64,000 bases of DNA, taken from the IMG/VR virus record IMGVR_UViG_3300033067_001097, positions 4,410 to 68,409 of that record. One strand, 5' to 3'. This document shows, in pieces, positions 1-9,089 of the stretch; positions within the stretch are counted from its first letter, which is position 1, and each line of letters starts with the position of its first letter. The stretch is from a virus (lineage: Duplodnaviria; Caudoviricetes). A program made the translations under genes and the position numbers. The notes under the pieces are model-generated. The model was not told the DNA's origin, did not search any database, and worked only from the letters and a program-made list of their open reading frames with translations.

Positions 1-42
1 TCAACGCTGACAACAACCAGCAACAACAATTGAAAGGAAACG

Positions 43-1872
43 ATGTCCAAAATAGTTAGTAAGCCGAAGGTTTATCTGTTAGGTGCTCAGGAAGTTCGCC
101 AGTCAGGGATGGCAAAATTTCTTGCTGACCACAATATCAACTGGCAGTCAGATACGGATATTCCAGCTCAGGTACTTACAGAATCTGCGGGGAGGACTTG
201 CTTCGACGATCGAACAGAATTGTTAACAAGAACAGGGTGGAAGCCTGTTTCGGAAGTTTCAATAGCCGACGAGATCGCCACATTGAATCCCGAGACACGA
301 CACTTAGAATACCAAAAACCTATAGCATATCATGAGTATGACTATAAAGGAAATTTATTAACTACCGAAGGTAGAGATGTTTCTTTTGCAGTAACTCCAG
401 AGCACAGACAATTTGTTTCTCTTGGGGGTAAATTCGACTGGAAAGATTTTAATTTTATTCAAACCAAAGATTTACCAGGAAAAAGATTTAAAATTATCAC
501 AGCTCCAGAAAACTGGACCGGAGAGTTTCCTGAAAAAATTATATTTCCAGCTGTAGAATTTAATCAAATTATAAGCAATCAATATAATAAATATGGAGAA
601 TCTACAACTTTATTAAAACCTATAAAAATAAAAAATACTAAACTACTTTCAGAATTAGTAGCTCATTACATAGCTAATGGTTCAATTTGTTCAGCTAAAG
701 GGACTGGACATGGAATAGTCATTTATGGAAGAGAGTTCAAAGAAATTTGCACTTTAGCTCAAGGTTTGGGTTTTAAAACTAACGTTTGCGAAGATAAAAG
801 AAATGGCTGCAAACGTACAAAAATAAATGGAGGAAAAGTTTTAGCCCATTGGTTTGAAAAAGAATGCGGACGTGGCTTTAGAGCCAAACGATTTCCTCAA
901 TGGGTTATGAATCTTCCAAAAGAACAGCTGCGTGTGATTTGGTCTATACTTGTAAAAACTGACGGTCATAGATACAAAAATGGACGTGAAATTGTTTCAA
1001 CTGGATCTATTACTGTTTCAGGACAATTGCAAGAAATGTTATGTAAAATGGGATTTTCTTCATACATAACATGCAAAGTTACCAATGATGTTCCTTGTTG
1101 GACCGTCAGTAAGAAAGCGGGGAATCCTGCCGTTCGATCTGGATCATCTATAGAAAAAGTTTCTTATATTGGAAAGGTGTATTGTCCTACTACTAATAAT
1201 GGAATTGTGTATATTCGAAGAAATGGAAAAGTTCACTTTTCCGGAAATTGTTACATGTCGTTTGAGTGTCCCCGACCTGGAGGCAACAAAACCTACATTG
1301 AACATATTAAAGAGTCAAAGCACGGTTCAGTATTTGAACACGGTGTTTGGAACTTTCTCTTCACTGATGTAAGTAGGTCTCTTACTCATGAATTGATTAG
1401 GCATCGTGCGGGCATGGGATATTCTCAGCTTAGTCAAAGGTTCGTTGACTCCAAAGATGTTTCTTTTGTGGTTCCTGATCTGATTGAGCAAGATCCTTTA
1501 CTGTACGAAGAATGGCTGCAATGCGTTATTCGAGCAAGGGATTTCTATGCCAAGTGCAGCAAGCGACTTCAACAGAAACTCAAAGACAAGGGATTGAAAG
1601 GAACGGATGCCAGGAAGCAAGCTAACCAAGCTGCTCGCTCTGTATTACCCAATGCGACGGAAACCAAGATCTTCGTGACGGCGAATGCCAGAGCGATTCG
1701 CCATTTCCTGGAACAGAGGGGAAGTGCAGGAGCAGATAGGGAGATCCGCCAGCTAGCAAATGTTCTCCTGGAAACTATGCTAGTAGAAGCTCCTGCGTTG
1801 TTCTGCGATTACAAAACAAAAGCCCTGGAAGACGGGACTTTTGAAATCACAACTGACTATCCGAAGGTCTAA
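43..1872 (+). CDS. thyX: Flavin-dependent thymidylate synthase ThyX precursor containing an intein
   Basis: Exteins give AGRT|CY, KHGSVFEH, SRSLTHELIRHR...SQLSQR and VLPNATET, all ThyX motifs; 609 aa minus 350 aa intein = 259 aa. Confidence 0.93.
   Translation: MSKIVSKPKVYLLGAQEVRQSGMAKFLADHNINWQSDTDIPAQVLTESAGRTCFDDRTELLTRTGWKPVSEVSIADEIATLNPETRHLEYQKPIAYHEYDYKGNLLTTEGRDVSFAVTPEHRQFVSLGGKFDWKDFNFIQTKDLPGKRFKIITAPENWTGEFPEKIIFPAVEFNQIISNQYNKYGESTTLLKPIKIKNTKLLSELVAHYIANGSICSAKGTGHGIVIYGREFKEICTLAQGLGFKTNVCEDKRNGCKRTKINGGKVLAHWFEKECGRGFRAKRFPQWVMNLPKEQLRVIWSILVKTDGHRYKNGREIVSTGSITVSGQLQEMLCKMGFSSYITCKVTNDVPCWTVSKKAGNPAVRSGSSIEKVSYIGKVYCPTTNNGIVYIRRNGKVHFSGNCYMSFECPRPGGNKTYIEHIKESKHGSVFEHGVWNFLFTDVSRSLTHELIRHRAGMGYSQLSQRFVDSKDVSFVVPDLIEQDPLLYEEWLQCVIRARDFYAKCSKRLQQKLKDKGLKGTDARKQANQAARSVLPNATETKIFVTANARAIRHFLEQRGSAGADREIRQLANVLLETMLVEAPALFCDYKTKALEDGTFEITTDYPKV
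199..1248 (+). mobile_element. Intein (350 aa) with LAGLIDADG-like endonuclease domain
   Basis: Starts CFDDRTELLTRTGW, ends VYCPTTNNGIVYIRRNGKVHFSGN followed by Cys+1; internal HYIANGS and LVKTDG blocks; AT-richer than the exteins. Confidence 0.92.
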
Positions 1873-1873
1873 C

Positions 1874-3265
1874 ATGACGTTGAAACTATACCCATATCAG
1901 AAGCAAGGCATTAACTTAATCCATACTTTAAACAATGGAAGAGTTTTGCTTGCTGATGATATGGGTTTAGGCAAATCTGTCCAATCCTATATGTACAAAC
2001 AAAAGTACTTAGGAGCAGATGCTACCACTGTTATTATCTGTCCTGCATACCTTAAATGGAATTGGGCAGATGAGATCCAACGGCATTTCGGAATCAAGGC
2101 TATTATCCTTTCTGGCAGGAAGCAGAAGCGGATCATGCGGCCAGGACATACTTACATTATCAATTATGAAATCCTAGCTGGATATATTAAAGGATTCAAG
2201 CAACTTCAACCCGCGTTGATGATCATTGACGAATGTCAGAAGATCAAGAACAAGGATATCAAGTCTAGAAAACATGTTCAAATGATAAGTAGGTATTGTA
2301 AGCATATTGTAGCTCTGTCAGGAACCCCGATTGAGAATAATGCAGTTGAGTTCTGGAGTATCCTAAACATCATTGATCCGAAAGAATTCAATCACTTCTA
2401 CAAGTATGCTATGCGGTACTCGCGGCCGACCCGTGGACGCTGGGGATGGCAATTCTCTGGAGCTGCCCGCACAAAAGAACTGCACCGACGATTGAAAAAG
2501 TACATGATCCGACGAACAAAGAAAGATGTACTTAAGGATCTGCCGGACAAGCAACGTATCTTACTACCATTAAAAATAGATCGGATTTCTGAATATCGAG
2601 AAGCGGTTCAGGACTTCGCGAAGTGGATGGTTCGCAACCATGGACGGGAGAAAGCCAAAGCTGCATTGGTAGTCGAAACTCTTACTCAAATTGGGTACTT
2701 GAAACGGCTGGCAGCTCAGCTCAAACATGATTCTATAATTGAATGGATTGATGACTATCTTTTAACTGGGAAGAAGTTGATTGTCTTTGGTATTCACAAG
2801 GCGGTAATGGAACCGCTTGTTGCTCACTACAAAGGAATTTGTACTTTAGTTAATGGGACTGTTGTTGGTGAGGAACGGCAAAAGCGTTTCCAAGCCTTCA
2901 ACAAAGATCCTAACGTCAAGATTCTTTTTGCCAACATGAAGGCTGCGGGGACTGGCTGGAGTTGTAATTCCACCAGCACTACGGCCTTCATCGAATTCGA
3001 ATGGGTTCCCGGACTGCACACACAAGCCGAAGACCGCACACACGGCTTGAATCGTGGCATTGCAGGGGAAACCAGCACTTACTACTACCTCTATGCCAGG
3101 GAGACAATCGAAGAAAAGCTGCTGAAAACTCTCCAGCGTAAAGACTTTGATGTGAGTAAGATTCTTGACGGCAAGATTACAGAAAACAGTTTGGCTCTCT
3201 ATAATATTCTAGTAAAGGAGTTGATGAATGAATCTTTTCTTAACAAGCAACCAGTCAATGTCTGA
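1874..3265 (+). CDS. SNF2-family (SF2) helicase
   Basis: LLADDMGLGKS, IIDECQ, LSGTPIEN, RRTKKDVLKDLP, QAEDRTH; start trimmed to ATG at 1874. Confidence 0.9.
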   Translation: MTLKLYPYQKQGINLIHTLNNGRVLLADDMGLGKSVQSYMYKQKYLGADATTVIICPAYLKWNWADEIQRHFGIKAIILSGRKQKRIMRPGHTYIINYEILAGYIKGFKQLQPALMIIDECQKIKNKDIKSRKHVQMISRYCKHIVALSGTPIENNAVEFWSILNIIDPKEFNHFYKYAMRYSRPTRGRWGWQFSGAARTKELHRRLKKYMIRRTKKDVLKDLPDKQRILLPLKIDRISEYREAVQDFAKWMVRNHGREKAKAALVVETLTQIGYLKRLAAQLKHDSIIEWIDDYLLTGKKLIVFGIHKAVMEPLVAHYKGICTLVNGTVVGEERQKRFQAFNKDPNVKILFANMKAAGTGWSCNSTSTTAFIEFEWVPGLHTQAEDRTHGLNRGIAGETSTYYYLYARETIEEKLLKTLQRKDFDVSKILDGKITENSLALYNILVKELMNESFLNKQPVNV

Positions 3266-3434
3266 TGTCTTCAAATCCATTGAAGAGGCTTTAAAGATTC
3301 ACAGCAAAGTTACGATCTATTACCAAGGTCGAGAGATCGGAACGATCCTTTCTCCAAACACTGCTAAATGCAGTATTAATAATCACATAAACACAAGTAA
3401 TGACTTGTGGTCGCACACAAAGGAATCAAAATGA
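3258..3434 (+). CDS. Hypothetical protein
   Basis: Short ORF overlapping both neighbours. Confidence 0.45.
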   Translation: MSDVFKSIEEALKIHSKVTIYYQGREIGTILSPNTAKCSINNHINTSNDLWSHTKESK

Positions 3435-3760
3435 AAACTCAGAATCCACCAAAGAAGAAGTTACCCCGGAAGATAACTCCGAAGAAGGAAAAAGCCCAGC
3501 CGGATATGTGGGCGGTTCTTGGAGAATCCAACAACTTCAAGATTCTCAAACTTCGGAATAAAGATCACGTAGACAAATATGCTGGATACAAGATCTTTAC
3601 CAACTACCACAAAGCCCTACTGGAGAAGAAAAGACGTACAGAAATGTGTTTGAAGATTGCTAATCGCAACCTTAAATCACTGTACAAAACTTTAACTATA
3701 TTGAATGGAATACTTCTTCTGACTCAAGAGGAGCTGAAGAGTGTTGGAACCGAATCTTGA
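3431..3760 (+). CDS. Hypothetical basic protein
   Basis: AGGA upstream of ATG 3431; operon context. Confidence 0.55.
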   Translation: MKTQNPPKKKLPRKITPKKEKAQPDMWAVLGESNNFKILKLRNKDHVDKYAGYKIFTNYHKALLEKKRRTEMCLKIANRNLKSLYKTLTILNGILLLTQEELKSVGTES

Positions 3761-4616
3761 CACTTTCTTTATCAAACATGATGTAGAGTTAGCTCCAGCT
3801 AGTCACCACCATACGAGAGCAGGATGGATAAACCTAGATTGTCCATTCTGCTCTCCTGGTTCTAGGAGGTTCCGTTTAGGCTTTAAAGTCAAACAACGGT
3901 ATTTCAACTGCTGGAGTTGTGGTCCAGTTGGATTCAATCGGACCCTTTATGCTCTCTTCCGGGAAGATGCTAAACACTTCGAAGCAGAGCTAGGGGATCT
4001 AGTATTACCCAAAGAAGATAAGATAGTTGGGCACTACAAAGAACCACCTGGAATACTTACTGAAATGCCAAAAGGTCATTATGACTATCTAAGAGAGCGG
4101 TTCGGTAAAGAAACTTCAATCAATATCGAACGATACAGACTCCAAGCGATAGGTAGACAAGGCAGAGAATATGCATTCAGGATATTCATTCCTGCATACT
4201 ACAAAGGAAAGAAAGCGACTTGGACTACAAGAACTATCGATCCTGAAAATAACATCAGATATAAAAATGCTCCCGTAACTCATGAAGCGATAAGTATCAA
4301 GCAACTGTTATTTGGGGAGGATTTTCTACGACATTCTGTGATTGTAGTTGAGGGGCAGATTGACGCTATGCGGATCGGTCCCGGAGCTGTCAGTCTGGGC
4401 GGCGTGAACTTCTCTCAGGCTCAAGTATTGAAGCTTTCTCGGTATCCCTACCGATATATCTGCCTGGATACTGACGAGCCGGGAAAGAAAGCAGCAGAGT
4501 CTTTGGCAGGGCAACTAGCGATCTATCCAGGAGTGACCCAAGTGATTACCCTGGATGCTAAGGATCCCGGCAAAGCCAAGTTCTCGGAGATACGCAAACT
4601 CAGGGAGTTATTATGA
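3741..4616 (+). CDS. DNA primase (Zn finger + TOPRIM)
   Basis: CPFC...CWSCG zinc finger; VVEGQID, LDTDEPG, KDPG TOPRIM motifs. Confidence 0.88.
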   Translation: MLEPNLDTFFIKHDVELAPASHHHTRAGWINLDCPFCSPGSRRFRLGFKVKQRYFNCWSCGPVGFNRTLYALFREDAKHFEAELGDLVLPKEDKIVGHYKEPPGILTEMPKGHYDYLRERFGKETSINIERYRLQAIGRQGREYAFRIFIPAYYKGKKATWTTRTIDPENNIRYKNAPVTHEAISIKQLLFGEDFLRHSVIVVEGQIDAMRIGPGAVSLGGVNFSQAQVLKLSRYPYRYICLDTDEPGKKAAESLAGQLAIYPGVTQVITLDAKDPGKAKFSEIRKLRELL

Positions 4617-4828
4617 TCTTACTTCAGAAAGCACTTCATCAAAGATGTCATCAATGTAGTGGTGGTTTGATATTTAAACAAACAAACCTGCATTCAAAAA
4701 TATATTGTAAATGTTGTGGAGAAACTATAATTGGATCAACGCCTGAAGAGACTGCAATAAACTGGCTTAAGTTGATGATTATAAGAGAGCAAGAAGTTGA
4801 AGAGGTGAAATCATGGACGAAATCATGA
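4613..4828 (+). CDS. Small Zn-ribbon protein (Lar-like)
   Basis: CHQC...CKCCG...EETAINW. Confidence 0.6.
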   Translation: MILLQKALHQRCHQCSGGLIFKQTNLHSKIYCKCCGETIIGSTPEETAINWLKLMIIREQEVEEVKSWTKS

Positions 4829-4844
4829 GTAAGGGAGATCGCCA

Positions 4845-5051
4845 ATGACAAATATGAAACCTGGGTCTTGTAAAGCGCTATTTAAACCATGTCCTTCATG
4901 CCATACTCGACTATCAGTATATTTATCAAGATATAAATCAAAGGATATGTTTAGTATCCGTTGTGCTAATTGCAATATTGAAACTGGGCCGCATTTCATA
5001 GAAGACGTAGGGGTTGCTTTCTTGCAAATTTGTGTCAAAAGAGGTTGCTAA
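4845..5051 (+). CDS. Small Zn-ribbon protein (Lar-like)
   Basis: PCPSC...IRCANC..TG; DVGVAFLQIC tail shared with next gene. Confidence 0.6.
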   Translation: MTNMKPGSCKALFKPCPSCHTRLSVYLSRYKSKDMFSIRCANCNIETGPHFIEDVGVAFLQICVKRGC

Positions 5052-5443
5052 TGATCAATCTTCCAATTCATAAAAATGGTTCCTACGTGATGTTGAATAG
5101 AAAATGCCCAGTTTGTAATTATCTTACATTAATAGTTACAAATCTTGGGCCTGATAGCTATGAAGATATAATTTCTTATGATTTGTACGACATTCATTGT
5201 GAAACTTGCGGAGTAACAAGTGGCCGCCAGTACGCCTGCGATCTTGGCGTTGCTTTCCTGGAAGCCTGCTCTGTGGCCATAGATGTTCAAGAGGAGGAGA
5301 GATGCCAGCAGCAGAAATGGCTGAAACTCGTTGCGGAGCACGAAGAGCAGAAAGAAAAGAAATTCCTGGAGTATCTTGACAGACTTAGTTACAAAGAATT
5401 TTTTGATAAAATGAAAGGAATATTTAATGATATTAAAATATAA
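5051..5443 (+). CDS. Zn-ribbon protein (Lar-like) with C-terminal helix
   Basis: CPVC...IHCETCGVTSG; DLGVAFLEAC. Confidence 0.6.
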   Translation: MINLPIHKNGSYVMLNRKCPVCNYLTLIVTNLGPDSYEDIISYDLYDIHCETCGVTSGRQYACDLGVAFLEACSVAIDVQEEERCQQQKWLKLVAEHEEQKEKKFLEYLDRLSYKEFFDKMKGIFNDIKI

Positions 5444-5750
5444 TCAAGAAAAAGAGCTGGAACTTAAAATAACATTTGAAAAATATCTAAAAGAGCCGTG
5501 TCCGTTCTGTCCGCCGTTAGGAACTGGCGGCATTGTATTCGCAAAACAAAGATTAAGTTTGTACAGCTATGGAGATCAACTTGATGGTATTCGATACTTA
5601 AAAGAGTTTTACAAAATCATTTGTACTAATTGTGGCATAACCAGTGGAATTCAATTTGGATTAGATGAGACAGTTAAAAGTTTCTTTAAAGCTTGTATGA
5701 AACGATATAGTTTAATTGAACTGGTAAAGGAAGCAGGAAATGACAATTAA
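5427..5750 (+). CDS. Zn-ribbon protein (Lar-like)
   Basis: PCPFC...IICTNCGITSG...FFKAC. Confidence 0.6.
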   Translation: MILKYNQEKELELKITFEKYLKEPCPFCPPLGTGGIVFAKQRLSLYSYGDQLDGIRYLKEFYKIICTNCGITSGIQFGLDETVKSFFKACMKRYSLIELVKEAGNDN

Positions 5751-6210
5751 GAAAGAAATGCACATAGTTAATAAAAATAAGAGAATTTATATTTACTATG
5801 GTAAACTACACATAATGACTTTAAAAAATATTTCTGATGGGCAGATTTATATTGAAGCTTTGTTGATGGATCCATCAAGCCATATTTTCCATGCTCTGAA
5901 CTTCAAACTGGATCCTGGGGAAGCTCCGCCATTCAGTGGCCATCGAGGAAGTAGAGTCGGGAAGATGAAGCCAGAAGAGAAAGAGATTTATACTAGAATT
6001 GGAACCATTTTAAAACAAAACCGAGAAAAATGTGGGTTGAGTTTGGGGCATGTCATCGCTAAGCTAGGAATCACACTGATCGTGCTCCAGAAAACTGAAG
6101 CTGGACTTCGTAGAATCAGCCAAAGTGAAATCAGACTGCTGTGCAAACTGTACCAAGCCGATACAAAAGAACTGATCGATTTGCTCGTGCAGATCGAGGA
6201 AATGGAATAA
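5740..6210 (+). CDS. XRE-family HTH DNA-binding protein
   Basis: IGTILKQNREKCGLSLGHVIAKLGITLIVLQKTEAGLRRIS. Confidence 0.75.
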   Translation: MTIKKEMHIVNKNKRIYIYYGKLHIMTLKNISDGQIYIEALLMDPSSHIFHALNFKLDPGEAPPFSGHRGSRVGKMKPEEKEIYTRIGTILKQNREKCGLSLGHVIAKLGITLIVLQKTEAGLRRISQSEIRLLCKLYQADTKELIDLLVQIEEME

Positions 6211-6214
6211 AAAA

Positions 6215-6248
6215 ATCACCCAGGTTGTTATCCTAGGTGATCTTATTT
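6215..6248 (+). terminator. Terminator-like hairpin after XRE gene; second hairpin at 6251-6282 upstream of the initiator gene
   Basis: ATCACCCAGG/CCTAGGTGAT (1 mismatch); GGTTCTT(C)GAAGT/ACTTCAAGAACC. Confidence 0.5.
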
Positions 6249-6302
6249 GTGGTTCTTCGAAGTTTAGCCGACTTCAAGAACCGTGTCCAACTCAGATAAG
6301 TC

Positions 6303-7961
6303 ATGAATAAGTTACCACTCAAGTACTCAAGTTTCCACTCCCATCTGGGAGAAAAACGAAAATTATTCGGAAAACTTCAGTTCATTATTCGTTTTTATAA
6401 CAGATTTTACAGCAAAAACCCGCTGAAGAAATCAATCACTAACTTGATAAAGTTAGGAAAGATTACTTTGATTCAGGGCAGGATCTTGGATCTCATCTAC
6501 CGCCAATACCGTTTCCATGGCCGTACTTGCTATTTAAGCCAGCTTTCCATGTCAAAGATCCTCCGATGTGACCGGAAGACAGTTAATCGAAATCTGAAGA
6601 AGCTAGAGGCATTAAAACTGATCGTGTGGGCTGGCACCCATCTCTTCACGAGCCGTACTCGGTGTGGCTGGATGGTCGAAACCAACTGCTATGCCACAAA
6701 GTGGAACAAACATGACATCACCATTCTTGAAAATCAGTGGACCAAGGGGCCGAGTGCCGAAGAGTGCCGAAGACTGCTCGGCGGGGGGATTCCTGTCATC
6801 AAATTGGCCCATCTCCTAACCCCTCAAAATGGCTTAAAAACGGGCGAGGTACACAATAGAGAAAGTCAATCTTCCTCTTCTTTACAAGAAGAGAAAGATA
6901 TATCTCTCCCAACCACAAGTTCGGACATCGATTTGACTAAATCCGCGAAGCGGATCAAGTCGGCTAATCGTCCTTTTGAAGTTGGAAATAAACAAAACAA
7001 GACTTCCGGTTTACACCATTCCCAAGTAAATAGTCACGGTTTTAACAATTGTTTGATAAATAAAAATAAAAATAAAGAAAATTCTCAGGTCAAAATCAAT
7101 ATTCACGGTTTTAACAAATGTTTTAATAAACAAAGTTCTTGCCATACCCTAAATCACGATGTTACGCGCCAAAACGAATGTTTGAGGGATACAACAATGG
7201 GCTTTTTTACTGAATTAGATACCACAAAGAAAAATTCTCGCTTCAGCGAATTCGACTACGCTGCCGCGAAGCGGTTGCGGAAGGCGATCATCGACGGAAA
7301 GTTTATTTTCTCACGAATTGGGTCAATTCATAGTTGGGCAAAAGAGTTTTATCAACTACGAAAATTTACAACAGAAGCACATATAACCAAGGTTCTCGAC
7401 TGGTACATTGCGAACATCGGCGGAGAGTACATTCCGCAGGCGTTCTGTGCTGCCACCTTTCGAAAGAAATTCCCAACAATCTTGGCAATTTGCCATCGAA
7501 GGACAGGCCAGATTCACACACGAGATCTTAACGAGTACGAACAAGAATTTTATAATCAAATGAAAATGTGGAACTGGAAAAGTAATAAAATTACTCCTGA
7601 CATGGTTAAGGGAGCAATTATCAAGAATACAGACGAGTATCGCAAGTTCCGCAAAGCAGTCTGCGAAACAGTCAAAGAGCTATCTTCCAAGTCCAGTAAC
7701 CATGAATGCTACCTGGAAATCATCTACGCAAATCTCAACATCCCAGAAGAGTACAGCAGGGAGTCAATCACCAATATCTTTCATGGATTAGATAATTGGG
7801 ATCAGTGGCACGGCAACTTAATCTCATCTTGTTTTGACACAAAGAAAGCTCCTAAAGTTGAAAATGAATTAGTTAATCTCGTGAAATCCGCAAGTTCGGG
7901 ACTTGTAGACAGATACCTGCAAGATATAATTACCCATGTGAAAAAGAAACTGGAGCAGTGA
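6303..7961 (+). CDS. Replication initiator-like protein with N-terminal winged HTH
   Basis: SQLSMSKILRCDRKTVNRNLKKLEALKLI wHTH; low-complexity middle with DNA repeats, as in lambda O-type initiators. Confidence 0.65.
   Translation: MNKLPLKYSSFHSHLGEKRKLFGKLQFIIRFYNRFYSKNPLKKSITNLIKLGKITLIQGRILDLIYRQYRFHGRTCYLSQLSMSKILRCDRKTVNRNLKKLEALKLIVWAGTHLFTSRTRCGWMVETNCYATKWNKHDITILENQWTKGPSAEECRRLLGGGIPVIKLAHLLTPQNGLKTGEVHNRESQSSSSLQEEKDISLPTTSSDIDLTKSAKRIKSANRPFEVGNKQNKTSGLHHSQVNSHGFNNCLINKNKNKENSQVKINIHGFNKCFNKQSSCHTLNHDVTRQNECLRDTTMGFFTELDTTKKNSRFSEFDYAAAKRLRKAIIDGKFIFSRIGSIHSWAKEFYQLRKFTTEAHITKVLDWYIANIGGEYIPQAFCAATFRKKFPTILAICHRRTGQIHTRDLNEYEQEFYNQMKMWNWKSNKITPDMVKGAIIKNTDEYRKFRKAVCETVKELSSKSSNHECYLEIIYANLNIPEEYSRESITNIFHGLDNWDQWHGNLISSCFDTKKAPKVENELVNLVKSASSGLVDRYLQDIITHVKKKLEQ
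7034..7124. repeat. Direct repeat TCACGGTTTTAACAA(T/A)TGTTT x2 in AT-rich tract inside initiator gene
   Basis: Copies start at 7034 and 7103 (69 bp apart). Confidence 0.7.
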
Positions 7962-7968
7962 GGATGAA

Positions 7969-8166
7969 ATGAACAATACCTATGTGTTGCGGATTCCTAA
8001 GTACACCAAGAAGACTGTAGAAGCGATGCGGCGAATCATTGGATATCACTACAATTCAAATGCTATCTATCGACTTGGAGATGTACTTGAGATTGAACTG
8101 ACTGTTGACAGTTCAATTACAAAAGAAGAAGTGCTTAAGAAAATTTCCCCAGCTATTCAGGAGTAA
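7969..8166 (+). CDS. Hypothetical protein
   Basis: GAGGA upstream; operon context. Confidence 0.55.
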   Translation: MNNTYVLRIPKYTKKTVEAMRRIIGYHYNSNAIYRLGDVLEIELTVDSSITKEEVLKKISPAIQE

Positions 8167-8168
8167 TA

Positions 8169-8498
8169 ATGGGAATATCAATTGATTTGCACATTTACGA
8201 TGCGGCTAAGCTGCAAACCAAGTTGAAGAAATGGGGAGCTAAAGACGATCAGTTGTCTCGAAAGATCCTTGAAGCTTGTGGAACGTTCGCTGGAGATCGT
8301 TACTTCCTCCTCGATAATGAATACAGTGACGGCTGCAGTCCCTATTACAATATCGCCACACTTTTCAACGCAGCATTTAAAAAAGACGATTCATTTAAAA
8401 TATTTTTAGATTCAAACAACAAACAATACGGAATTAATTGCGTTGATGAGCAAGAAGTTGCTGAAGATCTGGGAATCAATTTAGAGGAAGATGAATAA
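8169..8498 (+). CDS. Hypothetical acidic protein
   Basis: GGAG upstream; operon context. Confidence 0.65.
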   Translation: MGISIDLHIYDAAKLQTKLKKWGAKDDQLSRKILEACGTFAGDRYFLLDNEYSDGCSPYYNIATLFNAAFKKDDSFKIFLDSNNKQYGINCVDEQEVAEDLGINLEEDE

Positions 8499-8620
8499 TG
8501 CCATTAAATCAAGAAGATAAGGAAATCATAGCAACCAGCGTAGGGTTTATTGTGACATTCGCAATACTCTCTTTACTATACACATATCTTCAGGGGATTC
8601 CAGGATGTGGCCCACAGTAG
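8498..8620 (+). CDS. Small single-TM peptide (40 aa, not in ORF track)
   Basis: TAATG coupling; IIATSVGFIVTFAILSLLYTYL hydrophobic stretch. Confidence 0.5.
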   Translation: MPLNQEDKEIIATSVGFIVTFAILSLLYTYLQGIPGCGPQ

Positions 8621-8862
8621 AAGTTATTCTTTTCTACTCAGTTCAATGGTGTATTTTTCTTTGTATTTTGCATCTACAAGGAAGTTACTATAAAAAGAAA
8701 ATCGAAATTATCAAACACAGCAAACCCAGCATGAATGACTTATGTCAACTACAAGAGACGATGAAGATATTGACGGAAGCTACGAATCTCCTGAACGGGA
8801 ATCGCCTCAGGATCGAAGAGTCGCCTTGCTCTTCAGGTTTCTCTCAGATCCAAAAAGACTAA
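8605..8862 (+). CDS. Hypothetical membrane-anchored protein
   Basis: N-terminal hydrophobic segment; overlaps the ArsR gene. Confidence 0.4.
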   Translation: MWPTVEVILFYSVQWCIFLCILHLQGSYYKKKIEIIKHSKPSMNDLCQLQETMKILTEATNLLNGNRLRIEESPCSSGFSQIQKD

Positions 8863-9089
8863 TTATTCTCAGAAGATTGATGAAGGAAAAAGGTGTCTTT
8901 CCGGAACTATTAGCAGATGATTTGAATATTGGTAGGAGTACTTCCTACGCATATATCAAAGAACTAATAGATCTTGGAATAGTAACCAGAGAAGCTATGG
9001 GCAATCGTCAGGTTGCATACGTGCTTAGTCCAGGAACTAGGCTCGGAAAGCGGTTTATCTTTGAAAACATTAGTATTGAGCTGGAGTGA
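8742..9089 (+). CDS. ArsR/SmtB-like winged-HTH regulator
   Basis: LFRFLSDPKRLIILRRL...LADDLNIGRSTSYAYIKELIDLGIV. Confidence 0.75.
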   Translation: MSTTRDDEDIDGSYESPERESPQDRRVALLFRFLSDPKRLIILRRLMKEKGVFPELLADDLNIGRSTSYAYIKELIDLGIVTREAMGNRQVAYVLSPGTRLGKRFIFENISIELE

